Positions 1-12,204 of a DNA stretch of 64,000 bases are shown here, one piece after another; the first letter of the stretch is position 1; the number at the start of each line of letters is the position of its first letter. Under the pieces are notes generated by a model. It saw nothing but the letters and a program-made list of their open reading frames with translations. It was not told the origin of the DNA and searched no databases. The position numbers and the translations under genes were made by a program. Source of the stretch: Antedon mediterranea (taxonomy: Eukaryota > Animalia > Echinodermata); the NCBI RefSeq assembly GCF_964355755.1, contig NC_092674.1:6944001-7008000 (forward strand), in the 5' to 3' direction.

Positions 1-655
1 TTAATAGTCTATGTTAAATAAGGCTATTGTCACTGTTAAACATTGTATTTTAAATTGTGTATATTTATTAAGAGAATTATTGATGTTGAAGTCTAACCTA
101 GTACAAGGAGAGAAAGATTGTCATCCTATTAAAGCATTTGATTGGCTAACGGCAATGATATGGAATCTTTATATCACTTTATTATCACCTTTTGAACATT
201 ATTTTAGTAGACATTCCTATAAGTATTTTAAATCTCAATTTTTGAATGCAGTTTTTTTCATCAATTTTGATGAACAATTAGAGGAATAAAGTTTTTTATC
301 TTTACAATTGAAAAAAAATATCTTACATAAAATCTTCCAGTCATTATTTTAATAATAACGTTTTAATTAGTAGTGCAATATAATGAAATATACAATCCTG
401 AGTAATGATTTTCTTAATATTATAATTTATTATATTTTTATTCAGTGTACGGGTTTCTCGTCCAATACTTCCAACTTATAGTACAGGGTTCATACTGGTA
501 ATTGAAAACCTGGAACAAAATCATGGAATATTAGAAAATGTCCTACATGAAAAATCATGACAAATTTTGCTTTCGCTCAAAAGTCATGAAAATAAAATTG
601 AATTGTTTTACTTAAATAATAATTAATTTTGATAATTTTTCTTTACAGGATAATA

Positions 656-805
656 CAGTAAATCCCCTATTAAGGGACACTTTCCCTTGATATGAACGAG
701 ATACATTTGTGTTAACACTTAGGCCAACCCCTATTATTAAACGGACGATCTTAATAAGGGGAACAATTTGACCCCAAGGGTATCTCCTTAATAGGAGTTC
801 AACTG
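656..805. mobile_element. Tc1/mariner-type MITE (GGGACAC/CCTATTAA family)
   Basis: TA|CAGTAAATCCCCTATTAAGG..CCTTAATAGGAGTTCAACTG|TA; relatives near 19084, 23214, 38160, 39917, 47400, 53447 and 62085. Confidence 0.68.
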
Positions 806-2685
806 TATTCGTATACTAATGTGTTTAGATAACTTCAATTGTGAGGCGTCATGTTTTAAATTTATTATACATATTTTGGCACTTTGTTATTGTAAAGGTT
901 GACCGGAGAAACCTCGCATAAAGGACACGAGAAAAGAGGCAATGATCGTTTCTTTTCGTACATAAGTTGGGGACCCTTGTGAAACGTCACAACATGAACA
1001 TGAATATTCATTAGTCATACCCATCGCGTCCCCGGTGCTGACCTATCATTTTACCAGGGTCAATTACGCACAGTACAGGTGGATGTGCTTATCATATTGA
1101 AATTACGCAGAGAGTGATACAAACTTCGATGATTCATAATAATATGGCCTTCGTCATTTTCCATTCCTTTTCTGTCTGGTCCTTTTATATATATTTACGT
1201 TTATAAGCAACTGTGATTAATAGCTGTCATTCTTAATTTTGTAGCGTTTGGTATTGATTTTATAACCCTAAATTTTTATCATCACTAATTTTCTATTTTG
1301 AATATTATTATTATTACACTAATATATATTTTTATTTATTGTTTATTACCAAATTGTTACGTATGCCTATTCTTGCGGCAACACCACGTATTTAGTTTAA
1401 GGCTTGGGAATTATTTTTGTAATTCAATTTTTTAATTCATCATTTTTGTCATTGATTATTTCAATGTTTATTTTTCTAACTTTTTTTCAAATATCTTATT
1501 CTGAATATATGATGTGTTTTTCAAAAATTAAAAAAAACTTCTGGTAGAAGGGTTGTTTAAAAAGGTTTTTTTTTTAATTAAAAAAATTGTTCGGCCATAA
1601 AACAATGCCGTATGTGGCAACAATTAACTTTTCTTTCGCAATATGCGTATGTAAACCGTTCATTTTGCGCCTCCCTTGCATAACTATTGTATTATAATAA
1701 TAATACGATAAGTCACAATTTCAGTATATTACATCCGAACTTTAATTCGCCGTATCGGTTCGTTGCTATCAAGTTAACCATGGTAGCGGAAAACCTGTAA
1801 TACGCCTAGCACACGATCAACTGTGTGTAATAAGAAACAAACCTGATCCAATCGGATGGTAATCTATCAAACATTAAATAAAAAGTGAAATTATCGAGTA
1901 CAAATGCAATTACGATTTACAGAAGATGTCGTTATTAATTCAAATGGTTTCCTCTAAATTGGACTTATCAGATTGATTGTAAATGTTTGCGATTTGTCAT
2001 CAAACGGGCATAAAAAGGGACTCCTTTTGAACAGTAGAACACCGAACAATCTTACTTTAATTCAAAGTTCTTATTTTTCTGAAAACTTTAATGGGTAGCT
2101 CCGGCGGGTTAAAGGAGCACCACTTTTAAAAAAACGGACTTTTTTTCACAATGCTTTCTGCTTTAACGCTGTCAACAAATAATAGAGTTAATATTATATT
2201 TTATTTACATTTAGAATATAACTAACAATAAAAGTTCTAAACCCAGAGTTAACCTTTGACTTCTATGTAAACGCGCTGCGCTTTAATAGGCTACAAATAC
2301 TGTACAACAATCGACCTGTCGCGATCCTTTATACTCGATCAGTTATAGTCAATGCATTACAATAAATATGTAATAGCTATTTAAGTTGTAAGAATTTTGA
2401 CCCGAATATAAATTGTTTAATGTACCTTCATTAATGGCATCCTTTTGTTGTTATCAAATCCCTCGGATATGTGTCTACGCTCATAATTTAATAATCTAGC
2501 CTTAGCCCACAACCTCTTCGTAAAAAAAGCACCTATTCGCCTTGAATTATAATGTCGGCTTAGTGTTTGTATTGTTAAATTTTAAATTGTAGTATAATCT
2601 GCGAAGTATTGTTTCTTTGAGGATATAGGCCTAAATACGGTGCAACATTAAAAGCATTTGTCTGTCTGTCCGAAGTGGTCCGACA

Positions 2686-2768
2686 ACAAGCAGGCAATAT
2701 AACAAGCAGGCAATATAACAATCAGGCGATATAACAAGCAGGCAATATAACTCGCAGGCGATATAACA
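2686..2768. repeat. 16-bp minisatellite (ACAAGCAGGCAATATA) x5
   Basis: Visible tandem repeat. Confidence 0.88.
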
Positions 2769-3324
2769 AATTCGTGTCAAATCCACCGTGTATAACAAAA
2801 ACATGATTTTATGCCGAAAAGAAACGAAATCAATTCTACTAAGTGTATGTTTTAAATTCTTCTTGAATGATGGTTATGTTATGGTATGCATTTCTTTTTT
2901 ATTCCTCATGTGAAATACAGGTGATCAACATTTGTCCTTTAAATGATAAATTAACAAAATGTAGCGATAAGTGACTTAAATCAAACATTAGATTTATATA
3001 TCAATGAAGCTCAAACAGTAACTTTTTAGACTAAACACTTTCATTGTAGCAATGATTTTTGTGTGAGAAGAAAAATAAAATAAATAATGCAATATTATTA
3101 GTAAGATTAAACATTGTTAGTATGTAGATTTTGGTGTTAGATTGTATAAAATAAAAACAACAAGGAAAAAATATGTATTGTGGAATGCTTGGTTGCCCAA
3201 CTGGTATTGATGTGTGTGTATATTTTTTGTTCTTGATTGCATTGACAATCAAGTTATATACATACGATTTCATAGAATGGTGTTTACAAACTTAAAGTAG
3301 AATTTAAAATAGTATTTGTCTATT

Positions 3325-3572
3325 AAATATCATCGGTGACGCCACAAAGAAACACGAACTTTGACGCGCGCGTTGAAATGCTGATGGTTATGATTCGGTT
3401 TATTGTACGCGCGCGTCCAAACACTGAAAAATAACGTTTTTTGTACGCGTGCATTCATTTCTGTCTTTGACGCGCGCGTTCAAAAACCGATAATGATAGA
3501 ATCAATGTCAATAATATTTTGTACGTACGTGTGCATCGACTTTGTGTTCATCGTGGCGTCATTGACGACATA
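3325..3572. mobile_element. Degenerate palindromic element with internal ACGCGCGCG subrepeats
   Basis: TGACGCCAC..AACAC versus GTGTT..GTGGCGTCA imperfect inverted ends. Confidence 0.5.
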
Positions 3573-5623
3573 AGTAGCCTAAGTTTCATCAATAATGATC
3601 GTAACAAGTGTTGTACAGTAAACGGCAGAGTATGGTTGTTTATCCACTCGCTGCTGGTCAGTTTAATCAAAGTATATTGTATTAATGATTATATTAAGAA
3701 TAAATCCCCTTTTTCAGAGTGCAACTTGAGTGTTTATAGTTTTGTTTTTAAGCACGTGTATTTTGTGAATCACCGGTTAAATGTCTGACTTGATTCGCTT
3801 CGCGCGAACTATGCGGAATTTCTTGTTGAACATATTTTACTGCTTATTTAGCGAAAACAGAATGTCATAATTGCGATTATGATTTGCTTACGGGCGCAGT
3901 GATCAGTTCCGCGTATACATTATAGGATTACATTGTAACCGTCTCTCGTAAATCAAATGTATGGAGGGTCAACATAAGTACGCATTAAAGTTACCGTACA
4001 TCATCCCGTTGTTTAATGTGCCAAGTATATAGAGTCTGCACCCATTTTATAAAGGGATAATCGTGGTTGTGAGTCGTAAATGTGACGGACATATCCGTTT
4101 GTAATATGTAACTATAACAGATTAACTTTAATTTGAAAATTATTTAACCTGATATACCCTAATTATTAAACCTCGGGTTAACTAACCAGCCACACGCGAT
4201 ATCTCGTACGAACGTTTTATAACTTATGATTTTGTGAATGGAAATCAAGAAAGACAACACTTAAAACCTTGTAAAACGTGTTATACGTATGAAACGCCAT
4301 GTGTGCCAAAATGTTTATTTTTTTACCAATATTAAGTCAAATCGCAATGTCCTAGACAACATGCTTAGACGCTTATTAATCCTATTTTCAAGCACTGCTT
4401 CATAAATGCATTACCGTAATAATTGCAAACACCCGAGCGGGCACGCGATGTTTTTAGCCGCTAATAATATTATTAATCGCTTGCACAGGTTAGTGGGCTA
4501 AACCAGTAAAAGTAAGCCGGTCTTGCTGCTTACACGCTAATTAGCGGTAATAGTATTTAGTTCTTCTCCTTTTTTACTCTTCAGACATTTTGACATTGGA
4601 AATGGGCGGAAATGTGTCATAGTTAAATAATATCCGATTAATTAGATGCAGTCTAAATTGTTCTTGAATTTGGCAGACTATAGATATATGCGCGCTTTCG
4701 TGAATTATAACTGCTGAGTACTACATATTGGGCATGATTTAAAATACTGATTGTATTCCGCCGAGAACTTTTCATTCCTAAAGTCCATGAATCGAGAGAC
4801 GAGATAGCGACGCATTGTCGTTAGGGTGAAACGTATAGCCGTTTGTCTTTTACAGAACTGGAAATATGTTTGACTTCCGTTGTTGTTGACAAAATGTTGG
4901 ATACATTAATTGTTACTAATGTAGATATATTATAATTGCAATCGCGTCAATAGAAATACAGTATAAACAATACATAACATATAAAATACTGTGACTTAAT
5001 TATCATAATTTATCATCATACATTTAGCACGATGAGTTTCACATAGAATCATATTATTCACGATCTACATTATGCTAATGGGGGGCAGTTATATTGTTTT
5101 TGCTGCGCGTACGTCTTTCGTTTCCGCCGAAAATTGGAACCAAGCTTTATCTACGGCAGTGCTTATATTGACGTACAGTGGCACTGTCCATTGACGTTTA
5201 TTCAACAACGGCATTTCGAAGATGGCATTTCGTCACTGGTAAACGTTATATAACAAGCACGAAGTGCGATACTCGGGGTACCGCAAAAGAAGACGGGATG
5301 TGACGTCACATACACATCAATAACCTCGCTACCAAAATATCATCATAAGTTTAGCACGATAAGTTTCACATAGAATCATATTCACATTCACGATCTACAT
5401 TATGCTAATGAGGGGCAGGAGTGATATTGTTTTTGAGCATGAACATGTAGTGTCCGTAAGGACCAGTATTAAAGCTGCCCAATACATACGGGTCCTAAAA
5501 ACATGTAAAACAAGAACATAAACATTTTATAGTAGTTTACTAACCAGTTTTTTTATTTCAAGGAAATATATTCAAAAATATTAATAGTAAAATGACATAA
5601 AATAATAAAGATAACACGTGTAA

Positions 5624-5783
5624 AGCTCTGTCTTACTATCAAAATAGTTTGACAAAAAAAGTGTGATGTGGCCAAATATGGTAGTGATATGCTTAAATGT
5701 GGTAGTGATATGACATCATCGTGTCCTTATATGAGCACATCACATTTTGTTGTCACATAAAGTTTGATAGTGTGGACAGAGCT
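5624..5783. mobile_element. PIF/Harbinger-type MITE family A (about 160 bp)
   Basis: TIR AGCTCTGTC..ACTATCAAA and TAA TSD; about 20 copies or fragments in the window. Confidence 0.8.
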
Positions 5784-6629
5784 TAATGAAGATCAACGTT
5801 TTTATTTAAAAAAATGGTAAGATTTTGCGGTAAGATCATTTCAACCACTTTTTAAAAACCCCTCATCGGGTAAATGTCATCGCCAGAGGCGGTTCCTTTC
5901 AAATAATAACAACAATTATTATTATAATAATATGAAGTCATGAAAATCTACATTATGAAATGCATTTTACTTTATACAGAGCAATCGTTTCTCAAACTAA
6001 CAAATACAATCGTTTGAGAATTGTCGTTTAAAACACCTTTCACGATTGACTAGATATTGTTATGAAATATTGTTAATACGAGGATGTCGTGACGAAGGAC
6101 TCCATAGGACGAGAGCGCAGACGTCTGGGAACGCTTATAGGCTGTCCTAACGTGCCAATTAAGTTAGGTTGGGAATTCATGAGGACACAGTGCATTAAAT
6201 TCTCGTACAAAACAGTCAGTAATTGCTACTTAGCTATTTCTAGATATATTCACAAAATACGAGCACAAATAAATGACGAAGGAAAAATTCGTAGCGTATA
6301 GTGTTGCTGTGTCCTCAACAGATAGATATGTGGTCAAGGACCACTCCATTAAATTTTCGAGGTAATCTGGACCAGGATCCCAATTCTGGACCACCACTAG
6401 TGTTAAAATATAGAAGACAATTTTCAAAGGCCGGCGATGTCGTACTGATCAGCCATTCATTTCTGGAGCTGTCAATAGAAAGATGCTAACTGACTACCGC
6501 GAGTCATCTAGAATCGTGTCCGGAGTTCTTAATTATGTGATAACATTGGCTATTTGGAATCATTTTAAATCTATAACCGTTTACATAAATCATCAATGTT
6601 CTAAATTAAAATTTTCATTACAAACATAA

Positions 6630-6798
6630 AGCTCTGTCTACACTATCAAACTAGTTTGACAAAAAAAAGTGTGAATTAGCCTACTCAAATATGGTAGTGA
6701 TATACCCAAATATGATAATGATATGACATTATCATGTCCATATATTGGCACATTGCATTTTTTTTTGTCACATGAACTTTGACAGTGTGGACAGAGCT
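6630..6798. mobile_element. MITE family A copy
   Basis: TIRs + TAA TSD. Confidence 0.8.
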
Positions 6799-7628
6799 TA
6801 AGGCACGTTATGGTAGTTACTTATAGGCCAACATATAAAGATATTCATACATCGTTTGTGTTTACACTACGCGGTATTCAATGAAATTGCAATAGATTTA
6901 CATAGAGTTTCTTAGGCTTGTCGAAGTCTGTATTTATTGTCTTCTTTTTTTTTATTTATTTGTTTTTATTTCGACCGCGATTTATACACGTATGAAACGC
7001 CATATGTGCAAACATATTTATATTTTTACTAATATTAAGACAAAACTCCGTCTGGAGCCCAGACTAAGAGTTTCTCTTTATACATACCGTACAACACATT
7101 AATATTATTTTCCTTATCAAATTGTTTTTACTTCAGAATTTTTACAAATTTATAATATTTACTCTCTGTATATTGTAAGTAATAATTTGACAATATTTTT
7201 GGTAGTGCTATGTACTGTATAATATAGTATAGTTTCAGACAAGCAAGATAAAAATAAACACAAGTTGACCGATTACACAACACATTCTTACTTTCGTTTA
7301 CACCTTTCAACACTAATAACAAAACAAATCCAATACAGTTTATGCCATAAATTATCAAATTGCGTTTACACGGCGACGCTTAAGCTTGGGTTCTCACTAG
7401 GACGCAACGCAAAGATGTACCGTACATAATAGGACGGGATGGATCATCCGAACTGTGATTGGTGGTCAACTCACTTTCGCTGCGCGTACGTCTTTCGTTT
7501 CCGCCGAAAATTGGAACCAAGCTTTATTTACGGCAGTGCTTATATTGACGTACAGTGGCACTGTCCATTGACGTTTATTCGACAACGGCATTTCGAAGAT
7601 GGCATTTCGTCACTGGTAAACGTTATAT

Positions 7629-7866
7629 AACAAGCACGAACGTGCGATACTCGGGGTACCGCAAAAGAAGCTGTAATGACGTCATAAGACGGGATGTGAC
7701 GTCACATACACATCAATAACCTCGCTACCAAATACGGCTATACGGTACCATCTTCGAGACGTCATATGGTTGCATCTGGTTTGAAATTTAAAAATCCGGC
7801 TCTTTAGCTTTGAGGACATGTCCCTGTAGTTTCATGCCAAATCCCAGCTCAAGTACCCCGAGTACA
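7629..7866 (-). mobile_element. Helentron-associated element, internally deleted copy (truncated copy also at 5252-5336)
   Basis: Same termini and body as the 45627 and 46472 copies. Confidence 0.7.
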
Positions 7867-8224
7867 AAAATGCATAATCATTACACAATAATAATTTTAT
7901 AACAATCGTTCAAGGCTTTCTAGTTACTGTTGTTAATAAATAATAATACAATTTAATATATTTATCTAATAAAATTATGTAAAGCATCTTTAATTGCGAT
8001 AATTAGTTCCATAATTCTCTTTGTTCACAATCATTTTTGCCAATGATTAATCGAAAAAAAGTTAGCTTGTTTTACACACTGTAGGCCATAATACTCCTCG
8101 TTCTTACATAAACTTAACGATCCACTGATATTGGTAAATTTCTCGGTTTCGCGAAACATTCTGTTTTGTTTTTACCCGGGAACGAAAATACGCAGATTCA
8201 TCGCCTGATATGGTAATTACATAC

Positions 8225-9577
8225 CTATGTTTCACTCTCACAGTGTTCATCTTCATTGGTATCACGTGTCAATCGCGTTTGTGTGCTCATGTGATCATCG
8301 CTATTATCTTCAGTGGATTGATACCTTTGATCGATATCTCTATCACTAATGGTGCTTAATCTCGCAAAATCATTCATTCCGCCAGGTGTTCGTCTCATTC
8401 GCGATATAAGCTGCACGATGGCCACAGCCAGAAAGACGATCACCAGCATTGCTCCAACTAAAAATATCTTAAATGTTACAAGATTCGATTCCTTATTTTT
8501 GGCTGTGTGCTCGTCCACGTCATCACTCGGAGCGTGCACTCTCAACTCTGGCGTTGGGATTATTTCTTTTTTTGCAGTCACCGACTCTTTACTAGGCGCT
8601 ATTTTTTCTTCCACAACCTGGATGACTGCACTGCTTGACCCTTCCGTGTGGTCACTTGAGATATCACATCTGACAACCTTGCCGTTGTCTGATAGTTGCA
8701 AATCTTTGAAACAATGCTTGTATTGGCGGGATATTTTCGAAGTAAAATCGTGCCGGCCGTCAAACGACCACATGACATTGACATTTTCAGTACCGTAAAC
8801 ATTACACAAAAAGCAAGCTTCCTCTCCAACGAGAATTGGTTGTTGATTCAAAGGCACAACCCGAATCTCCTCTTTCATGTCGTGGTTATGAATCATTTCG
8901 CCAAGTAAATCGATTTTACAGCTTTTAAAACCCCTTAATTCCGGGATAGAACTTTCGCAGACTATCAAATCGGCTATATTTTCCCGCGTAATCTTAAACA
9001 TGAACTCCAAACGAAGTTGATTTAAAGACTGGTACCCTTCCTTCACAAGAGTTTTCTCTCCAGATGGTTTTATTTTATACATTTGTATATGCACGGGTGG
9101 TTCCCCTGCTGCTGTTGTGCATGTCGTCGTAACGGTATCTTCCAATTGCTGTGTTCTTAAATCATGACTACATTCTGGATTCGGTAATATTTTCCTGTGG
9201 ACTGTAAGCCAGGCAGACTTCATCACATGTTGCTTGTGATACATTCTGCAGGTATACCGGCCGGCATCTTTCATTTCAACATTTTTAATCAATAAAATTT
9301 CGTGCGTAACAATTATACCATCCACATCTCGTCTTACTTGATTCTTTGATGATACATATTTAATAATATCATCGATTTCAATCCATTCTCCATTTTTCTG
9401 CCAACCAACTTCACTATGGGTCAATTGGTTATTAGGAAATTCAAGTGTGCAGGTAAAGGATGCGTTCTCTCCCGCGTACGTCGTAACATTTTGTAGAATA
9501 CCGTCACTAAATTGCGGCGTACAGCACCCATACTCAAAACACAGACCACATAATATCAATATTAAAATCCGCGCCAT
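8225..9577 (-). CDS. Intronless type-I transmembrane immunoglobulin-superfamily protein (signal peptide, 3 Ig-like domains, TM, short acidic tail), 450 aa
   Basis: Single long ORF. Hydrophobic N-terminus MARILILILCGLCF. Ig1 has C(SFTCTL), W(GWQK) and DAGRYTC. Ig2 is TTTCTT..GEPPV..LIVCES. Ig3 is FLCNV..VMWSF..DNGKVVRCDI. Pro/Glu-rich stalk, then TM IFLVGAMLVIVFLAVAIVQLI followed by RMRR. Confidence 0.88.
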   Translation of the reverse strand: MARILILILCGLCFEYGCCTPQFSDGILQNVTTYAGENASFTCTLEFPNNQLTHSEVGWQKNGEWIEIDDIIKYVSSKNQVRRDVDGIIVTHEILLIKNVEMKDAGRYTCRMYHKQHVMKSAWLTVHRKILPNPECSHDLRTQQLEDTVTTTCTTAAGEPPVHIQMYKIKPSGEKTLVKEGYQSLNQLRLEFMFKITRENIADLIVCESSIPELRGFKSCKIDLLGEMIHNHDMKEEIRVVPLNQQPILVGEEACFLCNVYGTENVNVMWSFDGRHDFTSKISRQYKHCFKDLQLSDNGKVVRCDISSDHTEGSSSAVIQVVEEKIAPSKESVTAKKEIIPTPELRVHAPSDDVDEHTAKNKESNLVTFKIFLVGAMLVIVFLAVAIVQLISRMRRTPGGMNDFARLSTISDRDIDQRYQSTEDNSDDHMSTQTRLTRDTNEDEHCESET

Positions 9578-11529
9578 TTTTTTTTTTAAGCAGACGATCC
9601 CAGTGTAGATTTAATCGAGATACTAGCAATCCAAAATGTACACAAAAGTCGCGTTAGATCATCAAAGTCATCATGAATCTATAAACAAGTTTCACATCAT
9701 ATCTCCAGATATCTCATTCATAAGTCTTTACTCTTTACGAATTCGACTCGGGGTAAAATTATTTACCTTGGAGGTTGAACTTCATCACCTATAAAACGAG
9801 AAGAAAAAGTATGTTTACTCAACTCCAATAAAAATTCAACTGAAGTTCACTCACGAAATACTTCCTTATGCTATAACCGACCACGAGTTCATTACGTTAT
9901 GTGCGAAGTTTATTGAAACTAAATTAATTGACTTCGATGACGTATTGCCTGTTGTCACAAATATGGCAAGCCAACCATTTAAGTTATTGGGAAATACAGA
10001 TAGATTAATTTAAAACGTTAACATGTGATGATGTCCTCTGTACTTTATTTTTATTATTCGTAGTTTTATATTATATTATTTGCTTATACAGTAGTTTAAA
10101 ATCAATATTTTTTTGGCCCGGATTAGTTTTTTGTCGATGCAAAAGTGAGAGGTTGCGCCATGAATGTACTTTTTAAAGGTAATTAACTTTATCGTTTGAT
10201 TGACAGGTAGGTTTTCTATGATGTTTTATACACTATTTAAGACCGCCCTTCATCACGCAAAATATGAATTATTTACTTCACTCCAGGGAATGTTGTTGTA
10301 CAGTGTATACATATATTAAGATATTGCATTGATTCTGTTTGTTTTTATTTATACGTGCGTTACGTTTTATAGTAAATACGGAAGCAGACTTTGTATTGTC
10401 TCTAGGCCCTTCAGTATGTAGGCCCTACGGGTTTGTTTGTACGACGGCGGCTATGTACGGATTCATTATAGGCTACGAGGGGACTTAAGCTAAATTCTAT
10501 GGGCTCTTTAAACGTTAGACACTCCTGTGAAACTTAAACATTTCAACTTACACTATTGTACTCGAGTTATTTTAACCTTTTAATTATTAGAAAGCCTCAA
10601 TTACGAACATAATGGCAAAATATATGTGGTTACATATACTGTTTAATAGCGGTTAAGAGGACAAATATATTCCGGGACATTGCTAATTAATTATGTCAAA
10701 ACATAATGAAACGTTTTCATTATGAGTGGAGGTGACGAACAAAAAAAAGCGGAAACATCACGGACTCGCTCATGACAGTAAAAATAATCGTCCTAGGTCG
10801 GTCAGTTCAACCGAAGTGAACCATGCTTATTATTACATCGAGTAACTGATATTAATAAAGTTAAAAAGCCACGTACATGTAGGCCTGTAGACAAAACACA
10901 CGGAACAAATGTGTGTAGGATAGGCCTTACCTTTTAACCAAAGTAAATTCATATAATATCAGGGAGTCTATAATTAACTCCTTGTTCAAATCATATCTTA
11001 AACAACTTATACAATACAATATTCAAAGACGTAGCTTTTTTTATGTTTTTTAAAATGAATTAAAAATAATTGGGGTTTTTTTTCAACAAAGTTAGTCACT
11101 TCTATAGAAAGAAATAATTTATTCACTTATAAAATAAAAAATAAACGGTTAAATTCAACCAAAAACCCATTGAATTCTAGGCAATATGCCTATTTTTTGC
11201 TTTTAATTACAATTTTCAGGTAAATAATATAGGCCTAATGTTAATATAATAAATATAATGTTTTCGATCCAATTTTTGGTTGAAGTAATATTTAATAACT
11301 ATTTAAAAAAAATGACATATTCAACAACAAAAATAAAAATTATATTTTCAGGGGACAATTTATTTTTAACTTACGTCGTTAAAATTATCGTTTTAGAATA
11401 TCACGATCTAATAAAGTTAATAAATCCTGTTCGAACGTACAAATCGCACGTACGTAGACATTATAGGCCTAGGCCTAGATACAATAAAATAGATCTTGTG
11501 TCTTTCTCTGTTTACGCTATTGCCAAGGT

Positions 11530-11675
11530 AACATAAACCGGAAAAGCGTAAATACGCATAGTGAATAGTGCGCGTATGACAGAGCGTGGTTCCAAATCGG
11601 AAGTGCTACGCGCGCGCGCCCAGGGGATACGCCGTATTCGATCGGCGCGCAGCAGCTGAGAAAGTTTATTACAGA
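11530..11675 (+). promoter_or_regulatory. Probable COMMD5 housekeeping promoter
   Basis: Local CpG-rich patch with ETS/GABP-like CCGGAA (11538) and CGGAAGTG (11598) and a (CG)n run near 11609-11619, about 0.45 kb upstream of the ATG. Confidence 0.5.
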
Positions 11676-11688
11676 TTACGCCCTCTAT

Positions 11689-12000
11689 GGAGCACTGTGG
11701 CGCAGTGGTTAGAGCATTGGACTTGCAATCAAGAGGTTGTCGGTTCAAGCCCCGGCTCGGTCACTGCAGTGTTGAGTCCTTGAGCAAGATTCTTTATCCA
11801 CATTGTTCCTCCCCACCCAGGTGATAGAAATGGGTACCGGTATGTAAAAAGTACTGGGAAGGTAAATCAGACTCGTTTGTGCGGGAGGAGTGGCGTACCC
11901 CCCACAAACATACACACTTAGTGGAGTCTGGCCCAAACGCTATGGAAATGGAGATGGGCACCACGGCCGTTAGCATTAGCTTAGGTTTCGACTTTACCTT
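11689..12000 (+). mobile_element. Full-length tRNA-derived SINE with 13-bp TSD
   Basis: A box TGGCGCAGTGG, B box GGTTCAAGCCC, CORE-like central part (CCTTGAGCAAG..CACCCAGGTG..AAATGGGTACC), CTTTAC-type tail. TSD ttacgccctctat at 11676-11688 and 12001-12013. Confidence 0.9.
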
Positions 12001-12074
12001 TTACGCCCTCTATCAGTGAAGGAATAAAACTGACTGAAAACAGCAGACGATAGATTTGAGCTAGGCTAGCAAAA

Positions 12075-12204
12075 ATGTCGAAGAAAACTGCTAATATAGC
12101 AGACAGAACATCATTTGTTGGTGCTAGAATACCAAGGGAGGTTAGGTTAATGATTAAGAATGTGAAAAAATGTGATAAAGATACGTTTAGAAAGTTGTTA
12201 AAAA
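12075..12204 (+). CDS. COMMD5: COMMD5 exon 1
   Basis: aaaaATG start; MSKKTANIADRTSFVGARIPREVRLMIKNVKKCDKDTFRKLLK; donor gtgagt. Confidence 0.9.

Noticed and set aside
8349-8908. Overlapping ORFs of 149, 76 and 70 aa
   Set aside because: Antisense or alternative-frame shadows of the Ig gene with no independent features.
11689-11765. tRNA-like cloverleaf (possible Ala/Cys tRNA gene)
   Set aside because: It continues into a SINE body and tail and is bounded by a 13-bp TSD, so it is a SINE head. The same applies at 23192, 52867, 40697 and 57421.
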